From: Elusimicrobiota bacterium
GTDB taxonomy: Bacteria; Elusimicrobiota; Elusimicrobia; Elusimicrobiales; UBA9959
Direction of reading: 5' to 3'
DNA: 64,000 nt
Assembly (NCBI GenBank): GCA_003450815.1
Contig: DMES01000077.1
Location: forward strand, 97,671-161,670
Below, in pieces: positions 57,736 to 64,000 of this stretch; within the stretch, counting starts at the first letter, position 1; every line of letters begins with the position of its first letter. Both the position numbers and the translations under genes were made by a program. The notes below the pieces were generated by a model. The model had not been told where the DNA came from. It ran no database searches and was given only the letters and a program-made list of their open reading frames with translations.

Positions 57736-59097
57736 ATGACTTACAAAGACCTTGAAAAAATAATAGCCGCCGGCGAGTCCGCGCAAGTGGAATTCAAAGA
57801 GTCATTCGGCGATGCCGTAATCGAATCTTTGGTTGCTATGGCCAATGCCAAAGGGGGGGCGGTGCTTGTGGGCATTGCGGACAGAGGGGAGGTAGCCGGC
57901 ACAAGTATTCCCTTTAATGCAGCCAGTTCTTGGCTAAATGAAATCAAGACAAAAACTTCGCCTTCTCTCCTGCCGGATATCAAGTTCTTTGCTTATAAAA
58001 GTCTTAACCTCGCTATTCTGACCATCCCCGAATACCCCATCAAACCCGTATCTTTCAAGGGCCGCTATTTTCTCAGGGTAGGCAGTTCCAACCATCTTAT
58101 GCGCGTTGAAGATGTGGCGCGTTCTCATTACAACACTTTCAATACCAGTTGGGATTACACTATTGCCAAAGAGCACAGCTTGGGGGATATCTCTCTTGAG
58201 AAGGTTGACAACTTTTTATCCTTTGCCAACAAGAACCGTGAAATAGCCCTCAACGATCCGCCTGTTTCCACCCTCCGGAAACTAGAGTTATTGAGAGCTG
58301 ATGCCATATCAAAAGCTTGCTTCCTTCTTTTTATGAAGGAGGAATCTTTGCTGACAACCATTGAAATCGGGCGATTCCAGACGAAAACATTAATTAAGGA
58401 TGCCACACGGATTAAAACGGATTTGTTTTCAGAGGTAGACGCCGCTTTTCAATTCCTGATAAAGCATTTGAGCAAGAAATATATAATTACCGGTAAGCCG
58501 CAACGCGAGGAGCGCTGGGAATATCCGCTGGATGCGCTCAGGGAAATTATAATCAATGCGATAGTTCATCGTGATTACTCCTGTTCGTCCGATTCTGTAA
58601 TTAAAATCTTTGACGACAAAATAGAGTTTTTTAATCCCGGGCGGCTGTTTGGAAATCTTACCGTTGCCAGACTGCTCAGGGGCGACTACATTTCGACCAT
58701 ACGGAACAAGCAGATTGCCGGTATTTTTAAAGAAGCCGGTATTATGGAAAAGTATGGGTCGGGAATAGGAAGAATTATTGAGGCATTTCGCAATAGCGGC
58801 CTGCCCGCTCCTAAATTCAGAGAACTTGGAGATGGTTTTCTGGTTACAGTTTATAATGAGACCCCCCAGAAAACCCCCCAGACCCCCCCCCAGAAAACCC
58901 CCCAGAAGATCAGCCTTGCTGATCGTATACTAAGCGTCATTGCGAGTAACCCGAGCCTGACCAGGATTGAGCTTGCCACTACGCTGTCTGTGAGTCCTGA
59001 GACAATTAAGGAATACCTTGAGAAACTGCGTAAAGCGGACCGCATTAGGAGAATCGGCCCCGACAAAGGCGGGCATTGGAAGGTGCTATCGCAATGA
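57736..59097 (+). CDS. AlbA_2 (Schlafen-like) DNA-binding domain, HATPase_c_4-like region and C-terminal wHTH protein (COG2865-like)
   Basis: ESAQVEFKESFG...LVAMANAKGGAVLVGIADRGEVAG (AlbA_2), EALREIIINAIVHRDY, a TPQKTPQTPPQKTPQK linker, and a C-terminal HTH. Confidence 0.75.
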   Translation: MTYKDLEKIIAAGESAQVEFKESFGDAVIESLVAMANAKGGAVLVGIADRGEVAGTSIPFNAASSWLNEIKTKTSPSLLPDIKFFAYKSLNLAILTIPEYPIKPVSFKGRYFLRVGSSNHLMRVEDVARSHYNTFNTSWDYTIAKEHSLGDISLEKVDNFLSFANKNREIALNDPPVSTLRKLELLRADAISKACFLLFMKEESLLTTIEIGRFQTKTLIKDATRIKTDLFSEVDAAFQFLIKHLSKKYIITGKPQREERWEYPLDALREIIINAIVHRDYSCSSDSVIKIFDDKIEFFNPGRLFGNLTVARLLRGDYISTIRNKQIAGIFKEAGIMEKYGSGIGRIIEAFRNSGLPAPKFRELGDGFLVTVYNETPQKTPQTPPQKTPQKISLADRILSVIASNPSLTRIELATTLSVSPETIKEYLEKLRKADRIRRIGPDKGGHWKVLSQ

Positions 59098-59264
59098 ATA
59101 TGTTTGGCCAAAAGGGGGAAAAAGAACGATTAATTAAAAAAGCTGCAACACTTGGCTTTTAAAATACGGTTTTCCTGGACCTTGTTGCATGTTGACAAAC
59201 GATTTAATCAAAACCTGGTAGCTAATTTGTCTTATCAGATTCTGCTTGAAAGCATTGTGGAAAT

Positions 59265-59957
59265 ATGACAGACTTTACTCAAAGGCTTGCGATTGCATAC
59301 AGTAAAAGAAAGCAGATTTCAGCTAACCGTTATTCTTTGCTAAATCCTGCTACTTTGTACATGGCGCAAGGCCGCGAGAAAGGTGTTTTGCGGATATTGA
59401 AAGACAAGTGCGCTGTCAACCTTTCAGGGAAACTAATATTAGATGTGGGTTGTGGAAGTGGCGGGGGACTTCTGGATTTTGTGCGGTATGGAGCCAACCC
59501 AAAAAATCTTTACGGGATAGATTTGCTTCCGGAGCGAGTGAAGAGCGCAGAGCAAAAGTTGCCATATAGCAATATCTATCAAGGCGATGCCGCTTCCGGG
59601 TTGCCTTGGCCTGACAGCCGCTTTGACATTGCTACTCAACTCACAGTTTTTACATCTATACTAGAAATGGATGTAAAGCAGGCACTTGCGAAAGAAATTA
59701 TCAGGGTTCTTAAGCCTAAAGGTTTTCTGTTGTGGTATGATTTTCATTTTGATAACCCTTCCAACAAAGATGTTAAAGGGGTTAAGAAAGCGGAGATTGA
59801 GCAACTATTCCCCAGATGTGTGGTAAGTCTTGAAAGAATCACCCTGGCCCCACCATTGTCCCGCTTAATCGCACCATACTCAACCATTTGCTGCGCCCTG
59901 CTTGAAAAGATGAAGTTCCTGAACACACATTATATAGGATATATACAAAAACCATGA
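59265..59957 (+). CDS. Class I SAM-dependent methyltransferase
   Basis: ILDVGCGSGGGLLDFVRYG (motif I), GIDLLPERV and LKPKGFLLWYDF. Confidence 0.75.
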   Translation: MTDFTQRLAIAYSKRKQISANRYSLLNPATLYMAQGREKGVLRILKDKCAVNLSGKLILDVGCGSGGGLLDFVRYGANPKNLYGIDLLPERVKSAEQKLPYSNIYQGDAASGLPWPDSRFDIATQLTVFTSILEMDVKQALAKEIIRVLKPKGFLLWYDFHFDNPSNKDVKGVKKAEIEQLFPRCVVSLERITLAPPLSRLIAPYSTICCALLEKMKFLNTHYIGYIQKP

Positions 59958-60019
59958 GCAAAAAATCTCTTTTCACTGATAAAATGTAAAATATATACAT
60001 AGCCGAGGATGCATTATAT

Positions 60020-61003
60020 ATGGAAACACAGACAGAAACACAGACAGAAACACAGGAAGATGTGATAAACCTGCTTGAATACTGGCGCGTAATATGGAAA
60101 CGGAAAGTTTTCCTCATACTTCTTGTGACGGCAAGCGCTTTTGCCGGCGGTTTCTCTGCGCTGTTTATGCCGGATATATATTGTTCCACGGCAGTTATTA
60201 CGCCGATAGGAAGTAAAGATGGAGTAGGCGGGATTCCCAGTATGGCTCAGCAGTTCAGCGGGCTGACCGGAATGATGTCCTCAGGCTCGTCCTCCATGGA
60301 GATAATGAATCTGCTGAAGTCGAACATCCTCAAAGAAAAAATGATTGAGAAGTATAATCTGTTGCCGGTGCTCTTTCCTAAACAATGGGACGCAGAGAAG
60401 GGCGCGTGGAAGCAGGTAGAGAAGAAAAAGCAAGGGTTGAGTATCAGGAAAATTCTGGGTACACTTATCCCAAAAATCAGACCGGTACAACCCAAAGCCA
60501 TAAGTAAAATGGAAGATGATGGGTCTCCGACCGTATGGCAGAGCATTCGGGCGCTTAATGGAATGATCGCAGTGCGAAACAACGTAAGGGATAACGTTAT
60601 AACGATAGCCATAGAATTTGACGATCCTGAACTGGCGGCAAAGCTGGTTGATTATCTGCTAACCACCTTGAATGACTATATGCGGGGCGAGGCTAAAAGG
60701 GTGGCGCAGGCCAACAGAAGATATCTTGAAGAGCAGCTGAGTAAGACAGCCGACCCCCTGATAAGACAGAAGATCTACAATCTGATGGCTTCACAGATAG
60801 AAACCGCCATGATGAGCGAGGTGAAAGAAAATTTTGCCTTTAAAATCATTGACCCGTCGAAAGCGCCTGATATAAAAATAAAGCCTGTCAGGCGCAATGT
60901 GGTACTGTCTTGGGTTGCCAGCTCCCTTTTGATGGGGTTGTTTATAGTGTTTTTTTTGGACTATATCGGTAAAATGAAGAATCGGGAGGGAAAAGAAAAA
61001 TGA
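60020..61003 (+). CDS. Wzz/GumC-like polysaccharide chain-length determinant protein
   Basis: INLLEYWRVIWKRKVFLILLVTASAF is TM1 and DIYCSTAVI follows it. There is a coiled-coil middle region and a C-terminal TM preceded by PxxP-like KPVRRN. Confidence 0.75.
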   Translation: METQTETQTETQEDVINLLEYWRVIWKRKVFLILLVTASAFAGGFSALFMPDIYCSTAVITPIGSKDGVGGIPSMAQQFSGLTGMMSSGSSSMEIMNLLKSNILKEKMIEKYNLLPVLFPKQWDAEKGAWKQVEKKKQGLSIRKILGTLIPKIRPVQPKAISKMEDDGSPTVWQSIRALNGMIAVRNNVRDNVITIAIEFDDPELAAKLVDYLLTTLNDYMRGEAKRVAQANRRYLEEQLSKTADPLIRQKIYNLMASQIETAMMSEVKENFAFKIIDPSKAPDIKIKPVRRNVVLSWVASSLLMGLFIVFFLDYIGKMKNREGKEK

Positions 61004-64000
61004 ATTTCAGCTTTAAAATCAAACAAAACCATGCCGCAATCTTTTTTATGTGTCTGTTCCAGGCTGTTTTCTTGAAAGCTCCCGGCAACCTATTTGCCCA
61101 AAATAAAAGCATTGACACGGTACAGGCAGCCGCCATAGAAAGCGCTCTTGCGACAGCGGGGGTTGATAAAAAGTTTGTCATAGAAAACAGCCCGCTGGCG
61201 GCGGGGGTTGAAAAAGGGTTTAGCATAAAAGACATCAAAGCGTCCGCGGAAGCAGAAAAAGAGCCTGACTCCGTGATAGCCGAAAAGATAAAGAAAGAGA
61301 AAAAACCGGAAAATAGATTTGCGGCCCAACAGATGCAAGAGATTCCCAAAGGGCCGCAGAAGTTCGGCGCGGAACTCTTTTACCCGGCGCGCGGCAGGAT
61401 AAGGATGATGGAAAAGGGGCTTACAGACGGCTGGTTGCCCGAGACTAACCATAGAGATGCCCTTACCGGCTTTGTGGGGCCTTTGGACATGGCAGCGGCG
61501 TATGTAAACGCCACCATGCCGCCGTCATACATACTCAATCCGGGTGACCAGTTGATTATTAATTTCTGGGGCGACAACATCGAACTGATGACGGTTAAAC
61601 TGCTTGTTGATGAAAAAGGAGAAGTGGGCATACCTAAGGTTGGGATGCTAGTGGTGCGCGGGATGAGTCTTCCCCAATTCCAAGAGGCCGTTAAAAAACA
61701 GCTTGACCGCGTTTTCAGGGGCAATGTAAGCCTTATAGCCACGCTTGACAAGCTGCGGAGCATACAGATATTCGTCACGGGAGAAGCCTTCCGCCCCGGC
61801 AATTACGCCGTAAGCGCCGTTTCAACACTTTTTAACGCGCTTTACGCCTGCGGCGGCCCCAACGACAATGGCTCTTTGAGGGATATAAAGCTGATACGCG
61901 ACGGGAAAACCTCAACCGTTGATTTTTACAGCTACCTCATAAACGGAGACAGTGCGCAGGATTATCCACTGCTGGCCGGCGATGTTATTTTTATCTCCAA
62001 GGCCAGAAAGCAGGTAACCATAGACGGGGAAGTGTATCGCCCGGCCATATACGAGCTGAAAGAAGAGGCGGAAAAGCTTAGCGATTTGATTAAACTGGCC
62101 GACGGCGTAAAGCCAACGGCGGTAAAGCAGCAGGTGCAGATTATATCCGTTATCCCCAACAAGGAAAGGGTCATAATGGATATTGATCTGACAAAAGAAG
62201 GGCCTTCCTCCAACCCCGTTTTAATTGACAATGATACGGTTATGATCTTCACGGTACCCATGTCTATTGGCAATATGGTAACACTGGAGGGCAAGGCGGC
62301 AAGGCCGGGAAAATACGAGCTTAAGAAGGATATGCGGGTTGCCGACCTTTTCACGGCCATAAACCCGCCCCTCGGAGAGGCCTATCTGGACAGAGCGGAT
62401 ATTATAAGGCTGAACAAAGACAGGAAAACCACCGCGTTGCTATCGGTGGATCTGGGCAAGGCTTTGGCAAAGGACCTGGCGCACAATATACCGCTTTACC
62501 CGATGGACAGGATAATTGTTTACTCAAAATGGGATGTTAAATTCCTTCAGCCGCGCAGGGTGGTTATTACCGGCGCAGTCCAGAAGCCCGGGGATTACGA
62601 GCGCTCTGACGGTATGATGGTTAAAGACCTGCTGGTTATGGCCGGCGGCGCTATGCCAAACGCCTATCTTGACAGGGCGGAACTGCTGAGGTACGACTAT
62701 GCAACGGGGAAATACACCAATATTGAGCTGAACATCATAAAAGCGCAGGAGGGGTCGGACTCTGACAACCTCCTTCTTCAGGATGGGGATAATGTTACCC
62801 TGTATACCAACGAGGAAAAGACTTTCACCCCGGCGCGAGTAGTGTCTATTGAAGGTTACATCCAAAGGCCGGGCAAATATACGCGGTTTGAAGGCATGAA
62901 GATAAAAGACCTGCTGGACATGGCGGGCGGAGCACTGCCGGGCGCACATGACAGGATAGAGCTGGCAAGCGCAAGGACTAAAGGAAAAACTGAGATTCAA
63001 ACACTCAGCCTGGCGTTAATAGCCAAGGATGACGCCGGCCAGAACATACTGGTTAAGGACGGGGACATGGTAACCGTTCTTGGAGAATCGGATTTTTATG
63101 GAACCCCCCGCTGGGTAAAAGTGGAGGGAGAGGTAAAGACGCCGGGTAGCTATGCTTTGTACGGTAAAAATGACAGGTTAAGCGACATCATCCGCAGGGC
63201 GGGTGGGGTTACGGAATTCGCGCATATAAAGGGGACTGTCTTTATGCGCAGGGCGGAATATCTTCCTTCAGATAACCAGAAAAACGATGTTCTTCGGGTT
63301 AACAAGATGTTGGAGGAGGGGAACCTCTTGGAGTACGAGCGGCAGGTGGCCAAAAACAGGCTTCTTATGCAGAAGGAGTTTGGCGCCAAAGAAGCAGCCC
63401 AACCTTTAAGTTCCAATACCTCCATAGTAACAAGCGGCGCGTCTTCGGCCCAGGCAGCCGCAATCGGTTCGGCTCCCGGAGTAGCGCTGGCGGCGGGCCA
63501 GACAGTAGCGGGTGTTATGGATATTTTTGGCGCCTTACCGGGCATTGCCGGCAGAGCAAGAAAGCTTGGGGAGTACGAACTTAATCAGTCAAACCGAATT
63601 GTTGTCAATATTAAAGAAGCCCTGGCAAACAAAGGGGATAAAGAGGACTTGACGCTTATGGAGGGCGATACGATTTTTATCCCGCAAAAAGAGGAAACGG
63701 TAAGTGTTATAGGAGCGGTGATGCGGCCCACCACGGTGCATCACAACAGCGCCAGGTACATGGACTATATAAAAATGTCGGGGGATTATACCGATGACGC
63801 AAACACCGCCAGGACCATGGTAATGCGGGTGGATGGCAGCATCTGCCAGGCAAAAAATGTAAAAGCCATAGAGCCGGGCGATATAATATATGTCCCGACC
63901 AAGGTGATGGTCGCCGAGGTGGTTGAAAAATCAGACAAGGTTATAGGCGTAATAAAGTACGCATTGACCACGGTGGCAAGCGTGGTTGTATTCCTGGCGC
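61000..64000 (+). CDS. Polysaccharide export protein (Wza/KpsD-like Poly_export domain plus multiple SLBB domains). The 3' end lies beyond the window.
   Basis: The ATG at 61000 overlaps the upstream stop (ATGA), and the frame is open to the window end. Present are YILNPGDQLIINFWG...GEVGIPKVGMLVVRGMSLPQFQ (Poly_export) and about six or seven repeats of the V.I.G.V.RPG.Y......L.DLI..AGG pattern (SLBB). Confidence 0.85.
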   Translation, partial: MNFSFKIKQNHAAIFFMCLFQAVFLKAPGNLFAQNKSIDTVQAAAIESALATAGVDKKFVIENSPLAAGVEKGFSIKDIKASAEAEKEPDSVIAEKIKKEKKPENRFAAQQMQEIPKGPQKFGAELFYPARGRIRMMEKGLTDGWLPETNHRDALTGFVGPLDMAAAYVNATMPPSYILNPGDQLIINFWGDNIELMTVKLLVDEKGEVGIPKVGMLVVRGMSLPQFQEAVKKQLDRVFRGNVSLIATLDKLRSIQIFVTGEAFRPGNYAVSAVSTLFNALYACGGPNDNGSLRDIKLIRDGKTSTVDFYSYLINGDSAQDYPLLAGDVIFISKARKQVTIDGEVYRPAIYELKEEAEKLSDLIKLADGVKPTAVKQQVQIISVIPNKERVIMDIDLTKEGPSSNPVLIDNDTVMIFTVPMSIGNMVTLEGKAARPGKYELKKDMRVADLFTAINPPLGEAYLDRADIIRLNKDRKTTALLSVDLGKALAKDLAHNIPLYPMDRIIVYSKWDVKFLQPRRVVITGAVQKPGDYERSDGMMVKDLLVMAGGAMPNAYLDRAELLRYDYATGKYTNIELNIIKAQEGSDSDNLLLQDGDNVTLYTNEEKTFTPARVVSIEGYIQRPGKYTRFEGMKIKDLLDMAGGALPGAHDRIELASARTKGKTEIQTLSLALIAKDDAGQNILVKDGDMVTVLGESDFYGTPRWVKVEGEVKTPGSYALYGKNDRLSDIIRRAGGVTEFAHIKGTVFMRRAEYLPSDNQKNDVLRVNKMLEEGNLLEYERQVAKNRLLMQKEFGAKEAAQPLSSNTSIVTSGASSAQAAAIGSAPGVALAAGQTVAGVMDIFGALPGIAGRARKLGEYELNQSNRIVVNIKEALANKGDKEDLTLMEGDTIFIPQKEETVSVIGAVMRPTTVHHNSARYMDYIKMSGDYTDDANTARTMVMRVDGSICQAKNVKAIEPGDIIYVPTKVMVAEVVEKSDKVIGVIKYALTTVASVVVFLA

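Overview
This 64-kb window is bacterial chromosome and is almost fully coding. It spans the replication-origin neighbourhood: tldD, an AT-rich region with DnaA boxes, then dnaA, dnaN, a DUF721 gene, gyrB and gyrA. The rest is mostly housekeeping. It includes a partial mutS, dus, a tolC-macA-macB efflux operon (so probably a diderm), folD, trmO, rlmN, nadA, argS, rsfS, pilT, a nadD-yqeK fusion, pmbA/tldD and nifU/nifS. No rRNA, tRNA or CRISPR array was recognised by eye. Taxonomy cannot be assigned from the sequence alone.

Notable points:
1. A family of intercistronic 'word-palindrome' hairpins. The arms are built from copy-specific 7-8 nt words that contain stop codons, and the apical core is shared and resembles AAGGAGTTTCTT.
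2. gyrB is interrupted by a 434-aa class-1 intein with an HNH-type endonuclease insert.
3. An accessory locus at 27.9-31.5 kb holds duplicated regulatory/leader modules driving unrelated secreted proteins, next to an XRE-like regulator. It abuts a REP-associated tyrosine transposase (RayT-like) gene that carries an in-frame TAG and is flanked by inverted repeats.
4. A 46-nt repeat made of two ATA-loop hairpins occurs in tandem at 52.5 kb and once at 45.45 kb.
5. A decaying islet of toxin-antitoxin and DNA-binding genes lies at 55.9-59.1 kb, followed by a polysaccharide export cluster.

All calls rest on reading the translated ORFs and the nucleotide sequence by eye. No database search was run.
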